DNA of 32,000 nt from Terrihalobacillus insolitus (GCF_028416575.1 NZ_JAMQKB010000001.1:173649-205648), one strand, 5' to 3'; counted from the stretch's first letter, positions 1-7,569 are shown. The notes: generated by a model not told the origin, from the sequence alone. Numbers and translations are program-made.

Positions 1-73
1 ACAACCCGGTGAAACGATGTTGTCTAAACTAACGGAGGAAGAGCTACGTGAATTATTACAAATGAAAGCATAA
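1..73 (+). CDS. 3' end of an unidentified CDS entering from the left edge (...QPGETMLSKLTEEELRELLQMKA*)
   Basis: Open frame from nt 2 to TAA at 71-73, followed by a hairpin plus T-run. 23 aa is too little to assign a family. Confidence 0.4.
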   Translation, partial: QPGETMLSKLTEEELRELLQMKA

Positions 74-126
74 GAATACCCCTCTAGCGAGATATTGCTA
101 GGGGGGTTGTTTTTCCTTCTCTAATT
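52..126. repeat. 75-bp direct repeat, copy A (partner at 3003-3077)
   Basis: Aligned by eye to 3003-3077: 74/75 identical, single G/T difference at 106 vs 3057. Contains the stop region of the left CDS, a hairpin, and on the minus strand a remnant of the minJ 3' end (LEKEKQPP*). Confidence 0.9.
79..115 (+). terminator. Putative rho-independent terminator of the left-edge CDS
   Basis: cccctctagc-gagatatt-gctagggggg imperfect hairpin followed by ttgttttt. Confidence 0.5.
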
Positions 127-451
127 GTGATTTTTCATCACAAATTCGCTTCCAAAATGGTGTTAGAGTTTTCTGCATTTTTGCTAAAAAGGAATGTTCC
201 ATCTTCACTTGTTCAAATAATAACAATTTCGCATTGGGTTTGCTCACTCTTGCCTTTTGCTTGTTCTAAAAGAATTTTTCTAATCTTTTTGGACTTCCCC
301 GCCTCTAGGCTTCATAAAAAAATCATAAACAAAAGGGAACAACAATCCCACCATCTATCACCTCACGTTTCCAGCCAAATAAATTCCTCCAAATGAATTT
401 AGTTAGACCTTTAAAACAAATTTTGATTTACAGGGCCTATAGACATTTATT

Positions 452-877
452 TTAGGAAGCATTTTCTTCCTTATTTTCTTCGTCAGCACTTTTCTTTACG
501 ACTTTAAGTTCAGGTACTTTTTTCGCTTTTTCCTTCGTATCTGCTATTTTCTCTACTTCACCTTCAGTAACTACCTCTTCTACTTCATTGACAGTTTCTT
601 CATTCTCAGGCTCAGAAGACGACCCTTCCATCACCATTTCCTTTTTCGCCTTTTCTCCCTTTATTGACTTTATTTCGTTCATTAGCTCATGGTTTTGTTC
701 CATGATCACTGCCATCTTAATTTGAAGAGCTTCAACTTCACTCGCATTTCCTTGATTACCTTGCTGTACAGCATTTTGATTTGCTGTTTTTTCCTCTTTA
801 TTCCCTGAAGACATCCCCTTCATACAGAATAGCATCATAAGCGGACAAGCTAAAAGTAATAAAAGTACCCAACTCAT
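452..877 (-). CDS. Small membrane protein with N-terminal LLLLLACPLMMLFCMKGM segment (DUF2933-like) and a long Glu/Lys-rich tail
   Basis: 141-aa ORF. AGGAGGA Shine-Dalgarno upstream of the ATG (aattaggaggatgttaaATG). One hydrophobic N-terminal helix containing a CPxMM motif. The DUF2933 assignment is from memory of that motif. Confidence 0.6.
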   Translation of the reverse strand: MSWVLLLLLACPLMMLFCMKGMSSGNKEEKTANQNAVQQGNQGNASEVEALQIKMAVIMEQNHELMNEIKSIKGEKAKKEMVMEGSSSEPENEETVNEVEEVVTEGEVEKIADTKEKAKKVPELKVVKKSADEENKEENAS

Positions 878-1138
878 TTAACATCCTCCTAATTAATTTT
901 ATTCAAATTTAACATATAAATGTGGAGAAAGTGTGATGGTTCAAAAAAATTTCGGCTATTTTCTGAAATATATGAATAATCCATTTTTAAAACACTCGCA
1001 ATGTTTATATTCAATACTCATCACTAGCATTGCGTAAATATAGAACAAAGAATAAAACTATTTAAGTGGAGAAATTTATAAAGAGGTGCAACGAATGACA
1101 CCTAGTTAAATATTTCCTAACATAGGAGTGAATCATTT

Positions 1139-1237
1139 GTGGCTGAATTACTATACATTGTTGCGGTAATCGTAGCAATCATCGGAGCCTTTAGCTTCTT
1201 AAATTATGAAAAATCAAAACAGCTAAAGTTTGCTTGA
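1139..1237 (+). CDS. Possible 32-aa hydrophobic micro-protein (MAELLYIVAVIVAIIGAFSFLNYEKSKQLKFA)
   Basis: GTG start 10 nt after AGGAG (1124-1128). Single TM-like segment. Below the ORF-track length cut-off, hand translated. Confidence 0.2.
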   Translation: MAELLYIVAVIVAIIGAFSFLNYEKSKQLKFA

Positions 1238-1285
1238 ATATTAGATAAACAAGAGAAAAAGAAGAAGAAAGAATAAAGATTAAAA

Positions 1286-1314
1286 AGGGGCTGACCAAAA
1301 TTTTGGACAGCCTC
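1286..1314. terminator. Bidirectional hairpin terminator downstream of the Cys-pair gene
   Basis: ggggctgacc-aaaatttt-ggacagcctc imperfect inverted repeat flanked by an A-run (plus side) and a T-run. Confidence 0.45.
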
Positions 1315-1325
1315 TTTTCTTTAGA

Positions 1326-1541
1326 TTAGGAACAGCAACCTCTGATTTTTTCAATTTCCTTGCTGATCTCATCCTTTGATTCTGAGTTCTCAATATTCGT
1401 ACAGCATGATTGAATTTCTGTTGCTTTTTCTGGTTCCATCGAGCTACAGCAGCCTTTGATTTCATCTACTTCTTTTTGAATTGCCTCTTTTGAATCTGCA
1501 CTCTCTATGTTTGTGCAACAAGCGTTGATTTTATCCTTCAT
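1326..1541 (-). CDS. 71-aa cytosolic protein made of two 29-aa repeats, each bounded by Cys-Cys pairs (CCTNIE...GCCS); candidate thiolate metal-binding protein
   Basis: Strong SD (ataGGAGGGAgccactATG) and a terminator after the stop. Internal repeat INACCTNIESADSKEAIQKEVDEIKGCCS / IQSCCTNIENSESKDEISKEIEKIRGCCS. No signal peptide. Confidence 0.65.
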   Translation of the reverse strand: MKDKINACCTNIESADSKEAIQKEVDEIKGCCSSMEPEKATEIQSCCTNIENSESKDEISKEIEKIRGCCS

Positions 1542-1918
1542 AGTGGCTCCCTCCTATAGCAATATCTCAATTAGCTTTCCCATAATATCATTTGCTATAC
1601 TTGTCCAGCTAAGGGCTTTATTCTGAATACTAGACTAACTGTATTTCTTGATACTCCAATAACTTCGAATATGAGCGGCACACCTTTGTCATCGATTTTA
1701 TCCTTTATTATCCTTTAATTAAATATTTTGTATAAATAATAGGTAGTACAACTTTTTACTCCAAGCCTATGAATAAACTTATGGATCTGCAACACAGATC
1801 TATCTTCTCACCTTTTTAAAGGAGATTTCATTTACGCTTATAAAAAATCATTGAAATAACATAAAAAGCAGTATATTCTTTTTAGAGAAATCAAAAATCA
1901 GTTTTTAAAGAGGTGCTT

Positions 1919-2890
1919 ATGGATATTCGATTATTTATTAAAAAATTGTTTCATGTAATTCCTGGGGGACTAATGGTAGTACCTCTCCTTTCGGCAATAA
2001 TGATCAATACATATGTTCCAGAATTTTTTGAGATCGGCGGTTTGACAACCTCTCTTTTTAATAACGGTGATCTTGTCCTTTTGGGCTTTTTATTTTTCCT
2101 CGTCGGCACTCAATTTCATTTGAAGCAAAGCTTAAAAACTTGGAAAACGGGGGCGATTTTAATCATTCTTAAAATTGCAGTAGGAAGTCTAGCGGCCCTT
2201 TCGATTTTATATTTCTTTGGAGTTAAGGGAGTTTTCGGAATCACTCCTTTGGTCCTGTTGATTGCTCTTACACAGTCGAACATCGCAATGTACATTGCAA
2301 TCGTTCTTCAATTCGGCCGACCTGCTCACCTCCATTCACTGCCTTGGTTTCTATTGCTAGAAACACCTCTTGTCACACTACTTCTTTTAGATATTAGCGG
2401 AATGATTACTACATCATTGAATGACTACTTTTCAATGATTATTCCATTCGCTTTAGGTATCGGAGTAGGCTTTTTAGTTGAAGGGCAACAACATCTGTTT
2501 AAAACGATGATTCCCGTTATTATACCATTTTTTGCCTTTTCCGTCGGATCACATTTTCAAATCTATGATTTAGTCAACTCTCAATTAGGTGGATTGATCA
2601 TTGCAATAATTGTCTTATTCAGCGGAGTACTAATTTTCCTCTTATTCCTCCTTTTTTCCAAAGATGAAGCGATACTAGGTATTGCATTAGGTTCAACGGG
2701 AAGCACAAGCCTGTTCATCGTCCCAATATTATCATCACTTGGAAATGATCGATACACTGTATTAATGCCAACTATAAATGCCCAACTGATTACCATTACT
2801 ATTTTGACATGTATTTTCTCCCCCGTCGTTGCAAAAATTTTAATAAAAAACGAAGGAACCTCAAACCTTATGAAAAATAATTTAAAGTAA
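1919..2890 (+). CDS. 2-keto-3-deoxygluconate permease (KdgT) family transporter
   Basis: Polytopic membrane protein. The N-terminal IPGGLMVVPLLSAIMINTYVPEFFEIGGLTTSLF closely resembles B. subtilis KdgT ([34 protein letters not shown], from memory). ATG at 1919 follows AGAGGTG; the track start GTG 1913 lies inside that SD. Confidence 0.8.
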   Translation: MDIRLFIKKLFHVIPGGLMVVPLLSAIMINTYVPEFFEIGGLTTSLFNNGDLVLLGFLFFLVGTQFHLKQSLKTWKTGAILIILKIAVGSLAALSILYFFGVKGVFGITPLVLLIALTQSNIAMYIAIVLQFGRPAHLHSLPWFLLLETPLVTLLLLDISGMITTSLNDYFSMIIPFALGIGVGFLVEGQQHLFKTMIPVIIPFFAFSVGSHFQIYDLVNSQLGGLIIAIIVLFSGVLIFLLFLLFSKDEAILGIALGSTGSTSLFIVPILSSLGNDRYTVLMPTINAQLITITILTCIFSPVVAKILIKNEGTSNLMKNNLK

Positions 2891-3002
2891 AAGGTCTAAT
2901 TCATACTTTTTTCAAGTTTTTATTATAGAATATTCCTCAAAAGCATTGAATTAAAAAAGAAAATTGAGTGTACCTGTCCGACTCTGTATAATGCTTGAAC
3001 AT

Positions 3003-3077
3003 ATTATTACAAATGAAAGCATAAGAATACCCCTCTAGCGAGATATTGCTAGGGGGTTTGTTTTTCCTTCTCTAATT
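3003..3077. repeat. 75-bp direct repeat, copy B (partner at 52-126)
   Basis: See copy A. Here the minus strand carries the real minJ 3' end. The plus strand carries an orphan copy of the left gene's last codons (LLQMKA*) plus the hairpin/T-run (3030-3066). Confidence 0.9.
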
Positions 3078-4266
3078 CAGATTTCTTTTTCTTCCTTTTG
3101 TATTGTTCCTTTGCAAATAAAATGCCTAGCTCATGATGATCGCCTTGATACATGGCTCGTTGTGCGAATTTTAATTCTCCCATATCATCCCGAATCTCTA
3201 GTTTACAAAATGCACTATTTTCTTGGAGTGCTTCATAAAATTCTTTTTCATTTGTAACCAATTTCCCATTTACCTTCTCTACTTTTTCTCCAATCATTAA
3301 TCCCAACCGTTCTGCTGGTGTACCTGGAATAATTCCTAACACCGTTACTCCACTTAGTGTAGGACTAAAAAGGGGTTGGTGCTTCTGATCCTCTAAACGG
3401 TGCTTTAATGCAATGAACTCTCTACCTAGTAAAGCCACTACAACCGCCACCATGGAAAAAATGGATACATATACACTCGATAATGCGATAACAATCGTGA
3501 TCAGACCAAGTAAAAAGACATATCGTCCAATGTTTTTAGCAGCTCTAATCGGTTTACTCCCTTGTACAACAAATTCAAACCCAGTCAACATAGGGATCAG
3601 CATGACTTGATAGCTTTCTTCATGAATGGTAAAATACGGCCACCATGGAATGATAGATTCGATCGCATTACCAGGGATTAATACAAAAAAGGGAATAATG
3701 GCCAACTTTTTTAAGCGATGTTGTCCAACCCATTTCCCTCTATTTCCTTTTACTAGTTCAGGAAACGTTTCATTGCGCTTGAAGCTTAATAGTAAATAGG
3801 ATTCAATTAAGATGAACATTCCTAATAATAATGTAAATCCGGAAAGGTTCGCACTTTCTAGTCCCTCGATCCAGAATGTAGAAACATTTCCTGCAATCAG
3901 CTTTGGCAGAAACAAAAGTAAAAAAAATGTTATCCCAAATGTGTAGGCAGGTGAAAGCCACATACACTTAAAGGAAAGGCTAAGAACGAGCGTAACAAGA
4001 GCCAACAATACAATTAATGGAATTGTCCAAACAATACCAACGCCAATAGCCAAAAGGGATATAACCATTCCACCTAGTAAAGAAACGAGCCAAGTACGTT
4101 TCATTTCAGTTAATATATTGAAAACCTTTGTTCCAAAATTCTCTCGTTCCCGTTTAATCCTTTTAAGAGAGATTAGTAGAGCAAAGAGTAAAGCCCAATA
4201 AAACAATGGATTGAGAAACATTTTGCCAATACCTCTGGCAATTTCAACGAACCATACCTCCACCAT
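3049..4266 (-). CDS. minJ: Polytopic membrane protein with C-terminal PDZ domain, MinJ (YvjD)-like
   Basis: Multiple TM segments followed by a PDZ-like GIIPGTPAERLGLMIGEKVEKVNGKLV. Position next to ctpB as in B. subtilis. ATG at 4266 follows GGAGGGGG; the track start 4296 is probably an over-extension. Confidence 0.7.
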   Translation of the reverse strand: MVEVWFVEIARGIGKMFLNPLFYWALLFALLISLKRIKRERENFGTKVFNILTEMKRTWLVSLLGGMVISLLAIGVGIVWTIPLIVLLALVTLVLSLSFKCMWLSPAYTFGITFFLLLFLPKLIAGNVSTFWIEGLESANLSGFTLLLGMFILIESYLLLSFKRNETFPELVKGNRGKWVGQHRLKKLAIIPFFVLIPGNAIESIIPWWPYFTIHEESYQVMLIPMLTGFEFVVQGSKPIRAAKNIGRYVFLLGLITIVIALSSVYVSIFSMVAVVVALLGREFIALKHRLEDQKHQPLFSPTLSGVTVLGIIPGTPAERLGLMIGEKVEKVNGKLVTNEKEFYEALQENSAFCKLEIRDDMGELKFAQRAMYQGDHHELGILFAKEQYKRKKKKSELEKEKQTP

Positions 4267-4383
4267 CACGATCCCCCTCCGATGCAATAACCACATGTAT
4301 AGTTAAATTCGATATTTAGCGTCATTCTCCTGCAACAATCAAGACATTTCTTAAATCCAGCCTTGCTGTACGGATTTTTTCTT

Positions 4384-4543
4384 ATAGTGCGTGTTTAAAA
4401 AGTCGCTGAATTAGAAGCAAGCAGGTCGAGGCGGCGTAGTTTTGAGGAGCGCAGTGTAGACATAACCTACATGAGCACCGGAAAAACAAGCCAACGAAGA
4501 GATGCGCAGCTTATAATTTGGTGACTTTTTGAACAACCTCTTA
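4384..4543 (+). repeat. R1 palindromic MITE-like intergenic element, full-length copy 1
   Basis: atagtgcgtgtttaaaaagtcgc...ttggtgactttttgaacaacctctta. Terminal inverted repeats GTTCAAAAAGTCG.CAAAT / ATTTGG.GACTTTTTGAAC. Alignable to 22921-23079 and to the reverse complement of 23781-23940. Confidence 0.85.
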
Positions 4544-4585
4544 TACGAGGATCAGTATCAGATAGGATGAATAATAGAACCATGA

Positions 4586-4618
4586 AAAATCCGTGAGAAT
4601 CTCTTCCCACGGATTTTT
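4586..4618 (-). terminator. Rho-independent terminator of ctpB
   Basis: Minus strand: aaaaatccgtg-ggaagagattc-tcacggattttt, immediately after the stop codon. Confidence 0.7.
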
Positions 4619-6127
4619 CTATTGAAATAGAGCATCAAGCGCTCCTTGCAATTGTTTATCATTTTGTTCATCTCTTACTTTTTCTAAAATTGTTGCTTCT
4701 ATGCTTCCTGCAGTATTTTTGTCCACTTCACCTGTTACATCTAGTCCGTTATCCTGTTGATATGCTTTTACAGCTTCCATCGTTTGTTGACTATAGTAAC
4801 CATCATCACGGCCTGGGTCGTACCCGAGCCCTCTTAACATTATTTGTATATTTTTGATTTTATCCCCATTACTATTATATTTTAGCGTTTCCTCGATTTG
4901 CATTCGGTTTGCGTAAAAATAGTCAGGTTGTTTAACTTCTATTGTTGGTTCAATGCCTTTCTTATGGATCCAGTTCCCATCAGGAGTAAGCCACTTAAAA
5001 AGAGTTAATTTAATCGTACTTCCATCTCCCATTGGAATCGTCTGCTGGACCGTACCTTTTCCAAAACTTGTCGTCCCAACAATATCATATCCACCAGCCT
5101 CTTTCATTGCTCCAGCTAGTATTTCAGAAGCAGATGCACTTCCTTCATCAATTAAAACGGTAATGGGGTAGTCCTTTTTCTCATCTAACTCTGAAAAATA
5201 ACGCTCCTTCTTCCCATTTCTATCTTCAATTTGTACGTAAGGATCTTCTTTAGGGATGAACTCTTTCAATATTTCTTCAACCGTTGAAAGGAGCCCACCT
5301 GGGTTTCCTCGAACATCAAGTACTAGACCCTCTATGCCATCATTTTCAAGTTTATTTAATGCTTTTTTAAAATCTTTAGCCGTCTTCTCAGAGAAGGAGG
5401 TAATTTCAATGACACCGACCTTGTTACCTTTCACTTCTTTCGTATCACTGTAAACAGTCTCTAGAGGGATATTATCTCTAACGAGCGGGATTTCAAGTAG
5501 TTCGCTAACACCTGGTCGCTCAATTTGTAGCTTTACTTCAGACCCCTTTTCTCCACGAATTTTCATGACTGCCTCATAAAGATCTAACCCTTCTAAACTT
5601 TCTCCGTTCACTTGAAGAATTTGATCATTTGGTTTCAAACCTGCTTTTTCAGCTGGCGATCCCTTGATCGGAGCAATAATCGTTACATTACCCTCGACCA
5701 TACTTACCTCTGCTCCAATACCTTCAAAGGAAGATTCGATCGAGTCATTGAATTGTTCTACCGTTTTCTTATCCATAAAGACACTGTATGGATCTTCCAA
5801 AGAGTCGAGCATCCCTTGAATGGCACCTTCAACCAACTGGGTTTGCTCCACTTCTTCTACATAATTATCCTTGATAACGGTATAGGCTTGCATGACTTTG
5901 GACATTTCCTCCATGCCCAATGCACTTCCTAAAAATTCTTGCTGTTCTTCTGGGCTCATATCCCCGAAATTTTTTGAATCATTTCTTTGTTGTTCCAAAG
6001 CATTGTCATCTGTTATATGTTCTGCATTTGGTTGTGCTAACTGAATCCCAATGTAGGACCCGACCGCCCCAACGATTACAGCAGCAACTAACATAAGCAC
6101 AATGTATTGCTTTTTAATTGTCATCAT
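4619..6127 (-). CDS. ctpB: S41 carboxy-terminal processing protease with PDZ and C-terminal peptidoglycan-binding-like domain (CtpB/YvjB position)
   Basis: N-terminal TM anchor, PDZ (GSPAEKAGLKPNDQILQVNG), S41 core (RGNPGGLL...GSASASEILAGA...FGKGTVQ), C-terminal GYDPGRDDGYYSQQTMEAVKAYQQDNGL. Synteny with ftsEX. Confidence 0.85.
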   Translation of the reverse strand: MMTIKKQYIVLMLVAAVIVGAVGSYIGIQLAQPNAEHITDDNALEQQRNDSKNFGDMSPEEQQEFLGSALGMEEMSKVMQAYTVIKDNYVEEVEQTQLVEGAIQGMLDSLEDPYSVFMDKKTVEQFNDSIESSFEGIGAEVSMVEGNVTIIAPIKGSPAEKAGLKPNDQILQVNGESLEGLDLYEAVMKIRGEKGSEVKLQIERPGVSELLEIPLVRDNIPLETVYSDTKEVKGNKVGVIEITSFSEKTAKDFKKALNKLENDGIEGLVLDVRGNPGGLLSTVEEILKEFIPKEDPYVQIEDRNGKKERYFSELDEKKDYPITVLIDEGSASASEILAGAMKEAGGYDIVGTTSFGKGTVQQTIPMGDGSTIKLTLFKWLTPDGNWIHKKGIEPTIEVKQPDYFYANRMQIEETLKYNSNGDKIKNIQIMLRGLGYDPGRDDGYYSQQTMEAVKAYQQDNGLDVTGEVDKNTAGSIEATILEKVRDEQNDKQLQGALDALFQ

Positions 6128-6175
6128 TGTTTCACCTCAGTCAATTTCGATTGTACTTATTCTAGTATGTATGGC

Positions 6176-6207
6176 AAAAAGGCACCACACCGTAACGTGC
6201 GATGCCT
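6176..6207 (-). terminator. Putative terminator downstream of the M23 peptidase gene
   Basis: Minus strand aggcatcgcacg-ttac-ggtgtggtgcct (with mismatch/wobble) followed by ttttt. Confidence 0.45.
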
Positions 6208-6255
6208 AACACTATTTTAGTTTATGCCAAACTTGTCCAATTCATGTCTATAACT

Positions 6256-7569
6256 TTACGGTAAATAGTTGTATGGGTTTACTGCATTACTTTTCGCATA
6301 GTTCCACTGACCGCGGTGGAATTCAAAGTGTAGGTGTGGACCAGTCACATTTCCAGTTGCTCCCATAACCCCAAGTTGTTGCCCCTTTTTCACTGTGGCA
6401 CCATTTCCAACAAGCGGTGTGTACTTCATGTGAGCATAAACAGAGGTATATATCTGACCATCTAGATAATGTGTAATGAAAACAACATTCCCATAGGAAC
6501 TTGATGTATAGGAGCGAGAAACGATACCATCTGCTACAGCTCGAATCGGAACATCTCCACCTTGCCTAGCCGTAGCATTTCCAATATCGATCCCTTGGTG
6601 GTACTCAGCTCCACGAGGGCCAAAAGGACTTGTTACATATCCAGAAGTCGGCCAGCCAATGAGACCATTTCCTCCACTAGCTGGAGTTGAGCTTGGTGAG
6701 GATCCACCATTACTTTGTTGCTGTTCTTTCTTCTGTCTTTCTCTCTCTGCTGCAAGCTGCTCTAACCTATTTTTTTCATTTTTAGCTGCTTCCATTGCCT
6801 TTTTAATTGCAGCTTCCTGCCCTCTTAATATTTCTTGCTCTTCCTGAAGCGACATCTTAAATTCTTCTAATTCTTCATATTTGTCTTTTAATTGTGCAAC
6901 TAGATCGCTTTTTTGCTTTCGTTGACTAGCCAAACTAGCTTTCAATGTATCAAGTTCTTCCTTCTTTTTTACTAATGACTGCTTTTTATCGACAAGGTCC
7001 TTTTGTTTTGTTTCGAGTTCTTGTTTTTCTGCCCTATGTGTTTCCATAATTGTTTTGTCTTGATCCATAATTGTCGTTACTGCTGCAGCTCGATTAAGAA
7101 AATCACCAAAGCTTTGAGCACCCATCAATACTTCCAAGTAACTAATATCCCCGCCGCTTTGTTGTAAAGCACGAATACGGTTTTTCAATAATTCTTCCCG
7201 TTTTGCGATACGCTTTTTTAGTTCTGCAATATCTTTTTTCAGTTGTTCGATATTCTTTGTTGTCTGCTCAATTTCTTGTTCTTTTGTATTTAATTCCTTT
7301 TCCGTTTGTTCTAGTTGACGGTTAATTTGGGCTATTTCATTGTTTACTTTTTCTTGTTGTTGCACATTTTCATTCATTTTAGATTCTGTATCATCCGACT
7401 TGTCATTAATGTCGTCTGATTGACTATCTACCTCATTTTGTTCCTTTTCCAGTTCTTCTAATTTCTTGTTTATTTCGTCCATTCCTTCAGCATCAACTGG
7501 CTTAGTCCCTACTGTAAACAGTCCCAATACCATTATGGCGGTTATTACTGTGTTAAGAATCCGTTTCAT
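6256..7569 (-). CDS. Secreted coiled-coil + M23 (LytM-type) peptidoglycan DD-metalloendopeptidase, EnvC/PcsB-like architecture
   Basis: Signal/anchor MKRILNTVITAIMVLGLF, ~270 aa of heptad-like Glu/Lys/Gln-rich sequence, then an M23 domain with intact HxxxD (HQGIDI) and HxH (HLHFEFH) motifs. Directly downstream of ftsEX. Confidence 0.85.
   Translation of the reverse strand: MKRILNTVITAIMVLGLFTVGTKPVDAEGMDEINKKLEELEKEQNEVDSQSDDINDKSDDTESKMNENVQQQEKVNNEIAQINRQLEQTEKELNTKEQEIEQTTKNIEQLKKDIAELKKRIAKREELLKNRIRALQQSGGDISYLEVLMGAQSFGDFLNRAAAVTTIMDQDKTIMETHRAEKQELETKQKDLVDKKQSLVKKKEELDTLKASLASQRKQKSDLVAQLKDKYEELEEFKMSLQEEQEILRGQEAAIKKAMEAAKNEKNRLEQLAAERERQKKEQQQSNGGSSPSSTPASGGNGLIGWPTSGYVTSPFGPRGAEYHQGIDIGNATARQGGDVPIRAVADGIVSRSYTSSSYGNVVFITHYLDGQIYTSVYAHMKYTPLVGNGATVKKGQQLGVMGATGNVTGPHLHFEFHRGQWNYAKSNAVNPYNYLP

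Noticed and set aside
126-142. Crp/Fnr-family binding site (TGTGA...TCACA)
   Set aside because: The half-site spacing is N7 (or TGTGAT-N5-ATCACA) rather than the canonical TGTGA-N6-TCACA. It is kept only as a junction palindrome.
127-396. 89-aa plus-strand ORF at the left end of the cassette
   Set aside because: It has a GTG start with no SD and a hydrophobic, low-complexity product with no recognisable family. It may be spacer or promoter DNA. I cannot exclude it completely.
1551-1570. Shared 12-mer gagatattgcta between the leader of the Cys-pair gene and the loop of the 75-bp repeat hairpin (89-100, 3040-3051)
   Set aside because: By rough expectation, many 12-mer coincidences arise by chance in a two-strand 32-kb comparison, and the similarity does not extend on either side.
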